Shown here piece after piece: positions 7,949 through 17,253 of a DNA stretch of 30,087 bases; position 1 is the stretch's first letter, and the number at the start of each line of letters is the position of its first letter. The notes under the pieces were generated by a model. It did not search any database. It saw only the letters and a list, made by a program, of their open reading frames with translations, and was not told the origin of the DNA. The translations under genes were made by a program, and so were the position numbers. The DNA is taken from NCBI GenBank assembly GCA_017477805.1, contig JAFUUM010000001.1, forward strand, positions 1 through 30,087. The letters are read 5' to 3'. This stretch comes from Lachnospiraceae bacterium (GTDB lineage Bacteria; Bacillota; Clostridia; Lachnospirales; Lachnospiraceae).

Positions 7949-9397
7949 TCAAGCCCAAATCGGTATATACTTCATATACCGTGGTGCAGTTGTCGGATCC
8001 AATGGTTTAATAAGCTTTCTTTCAACTGCATCTTTTATCAATCTTGAAATATTAGCAGCAGCGGAATCCTTAAGCCCAAATCGATCTCTTAGTGATGAAT
8101 TTGTCAATTGTTCACCTTGAATGTATTTTATGCAAGCGTGAAGATAACAAGCCCATATTTTATCTTCAACCGATAAATTGGAATAGGCTATGTGAGAAAA
8201 CAAAGTCACGCGAGTGCTATCTTCGTATAAATTGATTTTAGGTGCCGGAAGCAATTTCGCCTCACATGAGATGATCATTTTATCCCAACCAGTTCCTAAT
8301 TCCTCACATATTCCCAGGCGGCGCATCAATTGTGCCATTTTTTCATTTCTTGATTTGGGCGGATTATCAACGATACGGTTAATATCTACTAATGGAGTCC
8401 CCGAATTTGTAATCTCAATCCTATTTTCAAATATTTCTACCGTAGGTCCTGTTCCCGAAACAGAAAAATCCTGATGAATCAACGCGTTAGCAATCGCTTC
8501 CCTCACAGCCAGCGTCGGGTATAATGCTACTGTTGAACGCAACCCGTTTTCAATTACTTCTTCAGATGGAAGCATGGCTCCAATGAACCTGATCAGTTCA
8601 TCAAATCTGACAGCATATCCCCGACCGCTGATTTCCTCCTTCAGCATGTGAAGTTTATTATTGCCTTCATATAAAACCACTCTAATAGCTTTTCTTGCAA
8701 GTCTGTCAAAGTCAGTTAATTTCTTAGCGAATAGAATTGCACCAAGATTAGTTATCGCATACAACCCATTATCCTGTTTAACAACGCAGTTTTCTTCTAT
8801 CAAATAATGCAGAACACCTTCTGGATCAATAGGTTGTCTAATCCCCATCAATTCAAAATAACTGCCAATTTCTAAATAGTCTAGTGCCTCTTCACGTTGT
8901 AAATCATATTTAGCATATCTTTCTTCAAATCTTTCATTTCGAAGTCTATCCCACAATTGGCTTTGAAGCGCAGGGAACTCATTTAGCTTTTTGGTATAAC
9001 TTCCGACTCTTATATAATCAGCTTTTTTGAATGAAACAGGCATATTCAATGCTTTTTGAATTATAAGAACCCCAACCCGTCCTTCCGGCATATTAATCGG
9101 CTCATATGAAAAATCAGCATTATTGGACAATAAGGAGCGAAGCCAGTTTTCTAATTCCTGATCACCTTTTTTGAGGGACTGGAGGTCATAATCAGTTCCA
9201 ACTATTTCATGGGTAGCATCATCAATTCCCCAAATCATGTATGCACAGTTCTTTTCGCACAACGTTGCACTATTCGCCAACGCGCTAATATCTTCCCCTA
9301 TCATCTGTGGATCATAATTATCATGTTTAAACTCCACCCAAGCAGCTTCATTCTTCAATTTGCGCAGTTCATTGATTAGCAATCCAAGATTTTCCAT
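7949..9397 (-). CDS. Schlafen/AlbA_2-domain protein with HATPase_c_4-like and C-terminal wHTH regions (often annotated RecG-like/transcriptional regulator)
   Basis: 482 aa. EAAWVEFK and ISALAN (AlbA_2), REAIANALIHQDF, SRNEKMA, CEELGTGWDKM (HATPase_c_4-like), LTNSSLRDRFG (wHTH). AT-rich (21/60 GC on line 8701). Confidence 0.85.
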   Translation of the reverse strand: MENLGLLINELRKLKNEAAWVEFKHDNYDPQMIGEDISALANSATLCEKNCAYMIWGIDDATHEIVGTDYDLQSLKKGDQELENWLRSLLSNNADFSYEPINMPEGRVGVLIIQKALNMPVSFKKADYIRVGSYTKKLNEFPALQSQLWDRLRNERFEERYAKYDLQREEALDYLEIGSYFELMGIRQPIDPEGVLHYLIEENCVVKQDNGLYAITNLGAILFAKKLTDFDRLARKAIRVVLYEGNNKLHMLKEEISGRGYAVRFDELIRFIGAMLPSEEVIENGLRSTVALYPTLAVREAIANALIHQDFSVSGTGPTVEIFENRIEITNSGTPLVDINRIVDNPPKSRNEKMAQLMRRLGICEELGTGWDKMIISCEAKLLPAPKINLYEDSTRVTLFSHIAYSNLSVEDKIWACYLHACIKYIQGEQLTNSSLRDRFGLKDSAAANISRLIKDAVERKLIKPLDPTTAPRYMKYIPIWA

Positions 9398-9432
9398 ATT
9401 TTACCTTTCAAATATGCTTTTGCGCTCCGCTT

Positions 9433-10233
9433 CTATCCCGCGATCCATTTCGCCAGTTCGATGGCAATGCATTCAAAGAAATAAAACTTGCTGTAGCCGT
9501 TATCGACGTATGCTTTGTAGCGGGCTTTGCCGCGGCTGATGGCCTTGCCGAGGCCTTTTTCATGGCTGACCCCGTTCATCCGGAAGTTAGCCAGGACTTC
9601 GTTTAAAACGCTGACTTTTCGGCCGTCTTTCCGCATCCGGAGGACCAGTTCCCAGTCATCGTGAAGACTTTCGCACTTGTACCGGTAGATCCCGTACATT
9701 TCCTTTGTCAGGAAGGTGGTGGGATGGTTCCAGTCTCTGGACACCACGGGAGTCCGGAGGCTGGAGTGCTTGATGAGCTTTTCCTTTAACTCGCCCTCGG
9801 GGCTTTCCGTCCAGATCCGCAGGTCTGCATAAAAGAGATCAAAGTGCTCTTTTTCATAGGTTTCCGCCACTTTTTCAAGGGCGATGGTCTCATACCAGTC
9901 ATCGGAATTGATGATACCGACCACGTCCCCTTTTGCCATCTGGGCACCTTTATTCATGGCATCGTAGATCCCGTTGTCCTTTTCCGACAGGATCCGAAGG
10001 TCGATTCCCTTGTTCTCGAACGCCTCCCGGTATTCCTCCAGGATCTGCAGGGTATCATCCGTGGATGCCCCATCGACAACGATGTACTCGCAAGGTGCCT
10101 TCGTCTGGTTTAAAACGGATTCGATGGTTTTCCGGAAAGTCTTCGCACTATTGAAGGTGGGGGTGATAACAGAGATGGTAACCGGCGCTTTGCTCACTTG
10201 TTTGGTTCCGTTTTCGGCTGTTTGCGCGCTCAT
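9433..10233 (-). CDS. GT2 family glycosyltransferase
   Basis: ISVITPTFN, VVDGASTD, SEKDNGIYDAMNKG, INSDD. Confidence 0.93.
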   Translation of the reverse strand: MSAQTAENGTKQVSKAPVTISVITPTFNSAKTFRKTIESVLNQTKAPCEYIVVDGASTDDTLQILEEYREAFENKGIDLRILSEKDNGIYDAMNKGAQMAKGDVVGIINSDDWYETIALEKVAETYEKEHFDLFYADLRIWTESPEGELKEKLIKHSSLRTPVVSRDWNHPTTFLTKEMYGIYRYKCESLHDDWELVLRMRKDGRKVSVLNEVLANFRMNGVSHEKGLGKAISRGKARYKAYVDNGYSKFYFFECIAIELAKWIAG

Positions 10234-11126
10234 TTACTTCCCACCGATCTGCGCACCGCATCCTCTGCGGAGAATACGCGGTAATCGATGCCGCAAAGGG
10301 ACATGTCTTCCTCGTAAGCCAATGATCCGAATAGTTTATTCACGGAACCGGACACCTTGGATCCCAACTTTAATAGTCCCTTCATACCGCCCGCAAAATG
10401 CACCTTTTTGCCATAGGCATCCGCGATAAGTTTGATCAGCTCACAGGTGGATAAAAGTTCCTTGTTCTGGGGATAGAACGTTCCCGACCGGTCCGTAAGG
10501 ATCAGCTGCCTGATGAGTTCCGTCAAGTTGTAGATATAGATCATGCTCCGCTTATTTTCCACCTTGGGGAAAAACGGGGTCTTTCTCACCAGGTCTGCCA
10601 GTCTCGGGAAGTTTCCTTTGGAGCCTTCGCCAAAGACCATGGGGGTCCGGATGATGGAGATGTGGAAATCATCGGTTTCAAGCGGCTTGATCCCCAGTTC
10701 TGCCTGAAGCTTACTGTCCCCATAAAAGCTGCCGGGCTCGGGCTTGGTGTCCCGCGTGATGATCTTCTCCTGTCCCACAGCGGAACTGTCACCGTAGACG
10801 ATGATGGAACTCATATAAATAAACTGGGATACCCCATCCCGGCGTGCTTTATCTGCCGCGGCGATGGTGAGATCCCGGTTGATTTTCATGTATTTTTGTC
10901 TGGTTGCTTCGTCTGTTTCCCGAACATCCACATGGGCAAGCCCCGCCACGTGAAGGATGGCGTCATATCCGCTCCAGTCTTCTTTCTGCCAGGCGGCATT
11001 CCGAAGAGAGAGCTTGGTGACTTCGATCTTCTCTTCTTCAGGGGCATTTTCATTTTGGATCTTGATCCATTCTTCAAAAGAATTGCCGATGTAGCTGGTC
11101 AGTCCGGTAACGATAACCTTTTTCAT
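10230..11126 (-). CDS. NAD-dependent epimerase/reductase (CapN-like)
   Basis: VIVTGLTSYIG, LHVAGLAH, YMSSIIVYG, YGDSK (YxxxK), IRTPMVFG. Sits with CapM- and CapD-like genes. Confidence 0.85.
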   Translation of the reverse strand: MKKVIVTGLTSYIGNSFEEWIKIQNENAPEEEKIEVTKLSLRNAAWQKEDWSGYDAILHVAGLAHVDVRETDEATRQKYMKINRDLTIAAADKARRDGVSQFIYMSSIIVYGDSSAVGQEKIITRDTKPEPGSFYGDSKLQAELGIKPLETDDFHISIIRTPMVFGEGSKGNFPRLADLVRKTPFFPKVENKRSMIYIYNLTELIRQLILTDRSGTFYPQNKELLSTCELIKLIADAYGKKVHFAGGMKGLLKLGSKVSGSVNKLFGSLAYEEDMSLCGIDYRVFSAEDAVRRSVGSK

Positions 11127-11141
11127 TTCTCTTCTCTTTTC

Positions 11142-11798
11142 CTATTTCTTATCCTGTTCCTCATTTTTGCGTTTCATCTCGCCGGTGCCGCCCTCGACAA
11201 CACCTTTGCTGGAAAACACGCTTCCGATGGTGCCCACAAAGCAGATGAGGTCAAAGCCGAAACTGCACTTTTTTACGTACTCTCCATCCAGCTTTGCTTT
11301 CACCGGGATCTCCAATTCGTCCCTACCGTTGATCTGGGCCCAGCCGGTAAGCCCCGGCATAACGTCGTTGGCACCGTATTTGTCCCGCTCGGCAATGAGG
11401 TCGTACTGGTTCCAAAGAGCAGGTCTGGGGCCGATGATGCTCATCTTTCCACGGAAGATATCCCAGATCTGGGGCAGTTCATCCAGAGAACTTTTTCGAA
11501 GGAATGCTCCTACTCTTGTGATGTACTGCTCCGGGTTCTTCAGCATATGCGTCGGCATATCGTGGGGGGTGGACATCTTCATGCTGCGGAATTTATGGAG
11601 CATAAAGTGTTCTTTTCCCTTTCCCACCCGCTTTTGGGCAAAAAAGATGGGCCCCGGATCGTCTGCGAAGACGGCGATGCACAGGATGAGGAACACCGGG
11701 GAGAGAATTATCAACCCCAGTGCGGATAAGACCACATCCAATATACGTTTGATGACAGTTTGATAAAGACCTGCCTTCGTCACGGTGTTATTCTGCAT
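11142..11798 (-). CDS. Priming sugar transferase, short form (CapM/PglC-like)
   Basis: KRILD, single TM, KFRSM, SLDELPQ, GPRPALWNQ, PGLTGWAQINGRD. Confidence 0.93.
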   Translation of the reverse strand: MQNNTVTKAGLYQTVIKRILDVVLSALGLIILSPVFLILCIAVFADDPGPIFFAQKRVGKGKEHFMLHKFRSMKMSTPHDMPTHMLKNPEQYITRVGAFLRKSSLDELPQIWDIFRGKMSIIGPRPALWNQYDLIAERDKYGANDVMPGLTGWAQINGRDELEIPVKAKLDGEYVKKCSFGFDLICFVGTIGSVFSSKGVVEGGTGEMKRKNEEQDKK

Positions 11799-13558
11799 AC
11801 TTCTTTTAGTTCCTTATCATACAGTTTGATGTAGGCAACAACCGTCAGATAATCCGATTCTTCCGGTGAATACCCTGGTTTTGCCCACGCGAACCAGGGA
11901 TTGGGATTGTCAGGGATAATAAGCGAAACTGTCATTGTTTCTCCGGTCCTTGAATCCGTAACCTCCGCATAGAAGTTCTCGATATAACTCGGATCCAATC
12001 CGACAAATCCGGAAACAAAAATGGTCAGCGTCCCCTCTTCCTCATTTATCAGCCACGATCCGGTGATATCCATTCCATTGATGATATCCTCATTGTCTTC
12101 TCCGGATAAAGTGACCATAAAAGTGGAGGGTTTTTCGAAAATAGTTTTGGCTTCCTCTATCCCGTAACGTTCTAAGATCGTTTGCTCATCGGAATAGAGA
12201 TTAACGCCTACTCCCAATTTATTTCCGGGAATCTGAATACCCATAGCCGCAAGGGTCGTAGGGAAAAGATCGATGGTGGAGTAGATCCGTTTCTTACCCG
12301 GATCCGAAGGAGTTACCGCACTGTTAATGATGGTGCAGTATGTCCGTCGCAGATAATCGGACGAAACGTGATTGCAAAAGTCCGCATCCATGGTCGGATG
12401 ATCTCCGCACACAACAATAGTCGTATTATCGTAAAAGGGCTGTTCTTTCAGCCATTCCAGAAACTCTGTGACCTGCCTGTCCATGCAGGCGTATACGTTG
12501 GCGTATTGGTTTCCTTCAAATTCGTCCCGGCAGAGTCTGCAATAATAACCGTCGTCAAAATGGGTATCCGCTGTCAGGAGGGTATAGCAGAAAGGTTCCT
12601 GCATTGTAGCGAGGTCGGATTTTGCGAAGTCAAACAGCACCTCATCCTCATATCCCCACCAAACGTCATAGCCTTCCGGAAGACGGCCCGTTTCGATGGC
12701 CCAATCATAGTCATGGATTTCGTAGTTGCCGTGACCAAGATAATACCCTTCGCGACCGCCGAACTCCGCATTGCTCCCAAGGAGCAGGGTCCGCTGATAG
12801 CCCTCTTTTTCCAAAATGTCTCCCAATGTAGTCAGTTCGGGAAACATTGCCGCACCGGCTTCAAAATCCGCACGAAGAGGCAGCTTAAGAGGCATTCCGG
12901 AACTCTGGGCAAACATCGCTCCCATCGTCCAATCCGTTCCCGCCAGTGAAAAAGCCCCATTCAGGCTGTTCTCACTCCCGGAAAAATCTTCGTTTGCTTC
13001 AGCGATCCGGGTCAGGTTTGGAATGCAACTCTGCTCAAATGCGCCGCCATTTTCTTCGTCTGCAAAAGTGATCTCCGCAGACTCCAGAAAGATATAGATC
13101 AGGTTTCGTTTCTTATCCGGAAACCTCAGCTCCAATTGGCCGGCGTCCACATATTCTTCTTCAAAGAAGTCATCCCCGCTCTGTCCAATCCCGAGTATTT
13201 CATAGACTACCGTGTCCGGCAGTTTGGTCTTAACCTGCAGATCCCACACGATGAAGATCAGCATTCCCGCAAAGCAGGCTGCCGACAGCACCATGAGGCC
13301 CCTCTTGAGCCATAATTTGCGTGTGACTGCATATAAGATCACAAAGCAAGCAAAGATCAACACACCGGGCAAGAGAAACTGCAAGATCAGTTTCCATATA
13401 ATCTCTGTATTTGTGCCCGTAAGCGGAGCTTTAATATGATAGATGATTTCGTCGGCACCAAGACTCCCCCAGGAGGTGATCAGCCAGCGTTCCGTGAGAA
13501 AAAGGAGCAGGGCACCACTTAGAAGGATGAACCATATCCATTTCAAAAATCGTTTCAT
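11780..13558 (-). CDS. Phosphoglycerol transferase (MdoB/OpgB-like, LTA synthase/sulfatase superfamily)
   Basis: N-terminal TM region, NLIYIFLES, GTDWTMGAMFAQSSGMPL (cf. MdoB GTDYTIAG), DTH, GDH. Start reassigned to ATG 13558 by identity with the paralogue start (MKRFLK); this removes the overlap with the upstream gene. Confidence 0.88.
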   Translation of the reverse strand: MKRFLKWIWFILLSGALLLFLTERWLITSWGSLGADEIIYHIKAPLTGTNTEIIWKLILQFLLPGVLIFACFVILYAVTRKLWLKRGLMVLSAACFAGMLIFIVWDLQVKTKLPDTVVYEILGIGQSGDDFFEEEYVDAGQLELRFPDKKRNLIYIFLESAEITFADEENGGAFEQSCIPNLTRIAEANEDFSGSENSLNGAFSLAGTDWTMGAMFAQSSGMPLKLPLRADFEAGAAMFPELTTLGDILEKEGYQRTLLLGSNAEFGGREGYYLGHGNYEIHDYDWAIETGRLPEGYDVWWGYEDEVLFDFAKSDLATMQEPFCYTLLTADTHFDDGYYCRLCRDEFEGNQYANVYACMDRQVTEFLEWLKEQPFYDNTTIVVCGDHPTMDADFCNHVSSDYLRRTYCTIINSAVTPSDPGKKRIYSTIDLFPTTLAAMGIQIPGNKLGVGVNLYSDEQTILERYGIEEAKTIFEKPSTFMVTLSGEDNEDIINGMDITGSWLINEEEGTLTIFVSGFVGLDPSYIENFYAEVTDSRTGETMTVSLIIPDNPNPWFAWAKPGYSPEESDYLTVVAYIKLYDKELKEVCRITP

Positions 13559-13562
13559 TTCA

Positions 13563-15434
13563 TCAATCTTTCTTAACGTTCTCCTCCGGATGATACGTAG
13601 GAACGATCTCCTGTACCAGCCGTCTGACCTCATCGGACTCGGCATTTACAGACTTTGCAAGGTCCGCCAGTTTTTCGAAGAACTCATCCTCATCCATCTC
13701 GATGGGCTTACCGATGTGGATCATGTGGTTATCCGTATCCTGCAGTCCCTCTTCCTCCATGAGCATCTCTTCATAGAGTTTCTCGCCGGGCCGAAGACCG
13801 GTGAAGGTGATCATGATGTCCTCATTTGGCGTATAACCGGAGAGCTTGATGAGGTTGCAGGCAAGATCGTAGATCTTGACCGGCTCTCCCATATCGAGGA
13901 CGAAGATCTCGCCGCCCTTAGCGTAGGCACCCGCCTGCAGCACTAACGATACTGCCTCGGGGATGGTCATAAAGTAGCGGATGATGTCGGGATGGGTCAC
14001 GGTAACGGGGCCTCCCTGCTCGATCTGCTTTTTGAAAAGGGGTATCACGGAGCCATTACTGCCCAGCACGTTTCCGAAACGGACAGCGACGAATTCCGTG
14101 TCATATTCTTTATTGCAGCTTTGGATGATCATCTCGCAGATCCGCTTGCTGGCCCCCATGATATTAGTGGGGTTTACGGCCTTATCCGTGGAAATCATGA
14201 CAAAGCGTTTGCATCCGTTTTCTCCCGCTGCCCTTGCGGTCTTTAAGGTACCAAAGACGTTATTCTTGATAGCCTCGTTGGGGCTGACTTCCATGAGGGG
14301 CACGTGTTTATGGGCCGCTGCATGGTAAACGATGTCCGGATGATAGGTCTTGAAAATATCGTTGATACGGTTGGTGTTTCGCACGGAGGCGATGAGCACC
14401 ACTAGGTTCAAATGTGGATATTCGTGGATCAGTTCCTGCTGGATCTCATAGGCATTATTCTCGTAGATGTCAACGATGATCAGCTGTTTGGGCTTATGGG
14501 CTGCGATCTGTCTGCAAAGCTCGCTTCCGATGGAGCCGCCACCGCCGGTAACAAGGACCACCTGACCCTGAACGTAGGCTGCGATGGAATCGGTATTGAC
14601 CCGCACGGGTTCTCTTCCGAGGAGGTCTTCCACGTCGACATCACGCAGGCTGTTGATGGACACATCTTCATTCACCAGCTGGTACATACCCGGCAGGGTC
14701 TGCAGACGGCATTTTGTCTCCTGACAGATGTTGATGATGTCCCGGATCACGGTCTTTGGTGCGGACGGAATGGAGATGATGATCACATCGATGTCATACT
14801 TCTGGGCAAGTTCGGGGATGTTCTCCCGCTTGCCTTCCACCTTGACGCCCTGTACAAAGCGCCCCTGTTTGTTGGGGTCATCGTCCACCACGCACTTAAC
14901 GTTCATGCGGACGTAGTTGCTGTTTTTGATCTCACGGACCAGGTTGTTGCCGGCCTCACCGGCGCCTACGATCATGACATTCTGGCCGATCTTGGCGTTC
15001 ATATGCTTTTTCTTTAGATTCCGAAAGAACCGGTATGCAAAGCGGCTGGCTCCGGTGAAGGCGGTAAAGAACATAAAGAAAAAGACATAGCAGCTTCTCG
15101 GGATCACCAGTCCAAGGAGTTTTGCCCCGATAAACTGTGCCAACGTTACCAAAAAACAGGCAACGACGGAATTCTGCAGTTCCGTTACGGAAGCGTACTC
15201 CCAAAGACTGCTGTATAGCCTCAGGCAGAAGAAAACAATGATCATCACCGGCACGAGAAAGAACATGGTTTCCCACATGGGATCCATGTATGATCTTGTC
15301 ACCGGAGACATGGTGAAATCAAACCTTGCCAGGATGGCCAAAATCCCGGACAGTACCACGGCGACAATATCGTAGGTGATCAGGAATAATCTTCTGTATA
15401 GTAAAATGTGTTTTGTTGCTTTCCGAACGGACAT
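13563..15434 (-). CDS. UDP-GlcNAc 4,6-dehydratase (CapD/PglF/WbpM-like)
   Basis: TM N-terminus, GAGEAG, TGGGGSIGSEL, HAAAHKHVP, ISTDKAVNP, VRFGNVLGSNGSV, GLRPGEKLYEE. Confidence 0.95.
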   Translation of the reverse strand: MSVRKATKHILLYRRLFLITYDIVAVVLSGILAILARFDFTMSPVTRSYMDPMWETMFFLVPVMIIVFFCLRLYSSLWEYASVTELQNSVVACFLVTLAQFIGAKLLGLVIPRSCYVFFFMFFTAFTGASRFAYRFFRNLKKKHMNAKIGQNVMIVGAGEAGNNLVREIKNSNYVRMNVKCVVDDDPNKQGRFVQGVKVEGKRENIPELAQKYDIDVIIISIPSAPKTVIRDIINICQETKCRLQTLPGMYQLVNEDVSINSLRDVDVEDLLGREPVRVNTDSIAAYVQGQVVLVTGGGGSIGSELCRQIAAHKPKQLIIVDIYENNAYEIQQELIHEYPHLNLVVLIASVRNTNRINDIFKTYHPDIVYHAAAHKHVPLMEVSPNEAIKNNVFGTLKTARAAGENGCKRFVMISTDKAVNPTNIMGASKRICEMIIQSCNKEYDTEFVAVRFGNVLGSNGSVIPLFKKQIEQGGPVTVTHPDIIRYFMTIPEAVSLVLQAGAYAKGGEIFVLDMGEPVKIYDLACNLIKLSGYTPNEDIMITFTGLRPGEKLYEEMLMEEEGLQDTDNHMIHIGKPIEMDEDEFFEKLADLAKSVNAESDEVRRLVQEIVPTYHPEENVKKD

Positions 15435-15467
15435 GAAAACTCTCCACTCTTCGTGTTATTGTTCTGC

Positions 15468-16706
15468 TTAATCTCTGCGGAAGAGGTCTCGTGTGTAGAC
15501 CTTCTCTTCCACGTCATCCAGGCAGGAATCATACCGGTTGGCGATGATGGCCTGGGACTGGCGTTTAAATTCTTCTAAGTCATTGACGACCTTGGAGCCA
15601 AAGAAGGTACTGCCGTCTTCCAGCGTGGGCTCGTAGACGATGACCGTAGCGCCCTTTGCTTTGATGCGCTTCATCACGCCCTGAATGCTGCTCTGTCGGA
15701 AATTGTCGCTATTGCTCTTCATGGTCAGGCGGTAAACGCCAACGACACAGTTCTTTTCTTCCGCAGCGCTGTAATCTCCGCGGCTGTAGTAATCGTAATA
15801 ACCGGCCATCTTAAGCACTCTGTCGGCGATGAAATCCTTACGGGTGCGGTTGCTCTCAACGATGGCGGTCATCATGTTCTGGGGCACGTGGTCATAATTG
15901 GCCAGGAGCTGTTTGGTATCCTTAGGCAGGCAATATCCGCCATAGCCGAAGGAGGGGTTATTGTAAAAGTCTCCCACTCTGGGGTCAAGGCTGACGCCTT
16001 TGATGATCTTTGCGGTATCCAGGCCTTTCATCTCCGCGTAGGTGTCCAGTTCGTTGAAGTAAGACACCCGGAGAGCAAGGTAGGTGTTGGCAAAGAGTTT
16101 GACGGCCTCTGCTTCGGTGGTCCCCATGATCAGGGTCTCCACGTCCTTTTTCTCCGCCCCCTCCAAAAGCATAGATGCAAAAACTTCGGCTTTTGTTTTC
16201 TGGGGTTCAGAACAGCCCACGATGATACGGCTGGGGTAGAGGTTATCATACAGAGCCTTGGATTCGCGAAGGAACTCCGGGCTGAAGAGGATACGGTCGG
16301 TGCCGTACTTTGCCTGTACGCTCTCGGTATAGCCAACGGGAATGGTGGATTTGATCACCATGGTAGCTTTGTCGGAGCTTTTTAAAACCAGCTCGATGAC
16401 AGCTTCCACCGCAGAAGTATCGAAGTAGTTTTTCTGTGGATCATAGTTGGTCGGTGCCGCGATAACGACGAAATCCGCGTCCGCGTAGGCTGCTGCCCCG
16501 TCCAGAGTCGCCTTTAACTTCAGTCCCCGGGTTTCATGCTCCGCCAGGTATTTTTCGATATATTCATCCCGGATTGGGGATTTCCAGCTGTTCAAGAGAT
16601 CCACTTTTTCAGGGATCACGTCTACTGCCGTTACGTCATGATGCTGTGATAACAGGACTGCTAAAGACAGTCCCACATATCCGGTTCCTGCGATTGCGAT
16701 CTTCAT
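15468..16706 (-). CDS. ugd: UDP-glucose 6-dehydrogenase
   Basis: [28 protein letters not shown], catalytic [16 protein letters not shown]. Confidence 0.96.
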   Translation of the reverse strand: MKIAIAGTGYVGLSLAVLLSQHHDVTAVDVIPEKVDLLNSWKSPIRDEYIEKYLAEHETRGLKLKATLDGAAAYADADFVVIAAPTNYDPQKNYFDTSAVEAVIELVLKSSDKATMVIKSTIPVGYTESVQAKYGTDRILFSPEFLRESKALYDNLYPSRIIVGCSEPQKTKAEVFASMLLEGAEKKDVETLIMGTTEAEAVKLFANTYLALRVSYFNELDTYAEMKGLDTAKIIKGVSLDPRVGDFYNNPSFGYGGYCLPKDTKQLLANYDHVPQNMMTAIVESNRTRKDFIADRVLKMAGYYDYYSRGDYSAAEEKNCVVGVYRLTMKSNSDNFRQSSIQGVMKRIKAKGATVIVYEPTLEDGSTFFGSKVVNDLEEFKRQSQAIIANRYDSCLDDVEEKVYTRDLFRRD

Positions 16707-16780
16707 ATTTTCGTCCTACTTTTTCTTTTTTCGGCGTACCCCGCCATCCCTTTATTTTACTCTATTTATGCACATAAAGA

Positions 16781-16855
16781 AAGAACCTGCACGGATATGC
16801 CTGTTGCAGCAGACGATCTCTGCCGAATTGCAGAAGTAGGCAAGTGCAGGTTCTT
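16781..16855 (-). terminator. Long leader hairpin (possible attenuator) upstream of ugd
   Basis: Perfect 12-bp IR AAGAACCTGCAC (16781-16792)/GTGCAGGTTCTT (16844-16855) with inner stems, followed by TCTTT on the minus strand. Confidence 0.5.
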
Positions 16856-16943
16856 ATCAATATATGTGAGTGTGCGCTTCCTCTCGCACCGTACACGATA
16901 AAAATATGGCTTACTATTCTCCCGGTCAAAAACAGCGTGGAAA

Positions 16944-17030
16944 TCTCTGCCGAGTAGGCAGAACGGAGCGACTGCTCCTTTTTGAATGGAAGATGGGTAC
17001 ATCATAGCATGAACAAAATTGGTTGACAAG
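16944..17030 (-). promoter_or_regulatory. Promoter plus double-hairpin leader, copy C2 (direct repeat of 17977-18062)
   Basis: TTGTCA (17024-17029)-17-TATGAT (17001-17006) with extended -10 TG, followed by GGAGC-AGTC-GCTCC and TCTGCC-TACTC-GGCAGA hairpins. Confidence 0.85.
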
Positions 17031-17058
17031 TTATAATTTGAAATTCGTTTATATTTTT

Positions 17059-17253
17059 CTATTTTTCCTGAAGGATCTTTTCGAATTCACTTACCGGAAT
17101 GCCCAGTTTTTGGGCAGCCTTCTCCATGGAGAGGTCACCGGATTGAACCAAGTCAATTAAGGTAGTAAGACGGCCTTCCTCGCGGCCTTCCTCGCGGCCC
17201 TCCTCTTTGATCTTCTGAAAGTGTTTTGCTTCATCGTATTCGGTTAATAGCAT
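17059..17253 (-). CDS. Putative internal small protein (RpnS-like, 64 aa) in frame with rpn
   Basis: AGGAGGT (17261-17267) lies 7 nt before in-frame ATG 17253 (Met225): MLLTEYDEAKHFQKIKEEGREEGREEGRL... Confidence 0.6.
   Translation of the reverse strand: MLLTEYDEAKHFQKIKEEGREEGREEGRLTTLIDLVQSGDLSMEKAAQKLGIPVSEFEKILQEK

Noticed and set aside
7631-7957. Classical integron attC call for elements A and B
   Set aside because: An RYYYAAC occurs at the AlbA stop, but I found no matching GTTRRRY or L boxes and no intI in the window. The resemblance is architectural only.
10662-11729. 355-aa plus-strand ORF, and similar long plus-strand ORFs (4474-5145, 12182-12949, 14412-15017, 27611-28270, 278-598)
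   Set aside because: All lie antisense to well-supported genes and lack motifs or RBSs. They are shadow ORFs of biased codon usage.
13559-13645. ORF-track N-terminal extension of the phosphoglycerol transferase
   Set aside because: Overlaps the capD-like 3' end; the paralogue shows the real start is ATG 13558.
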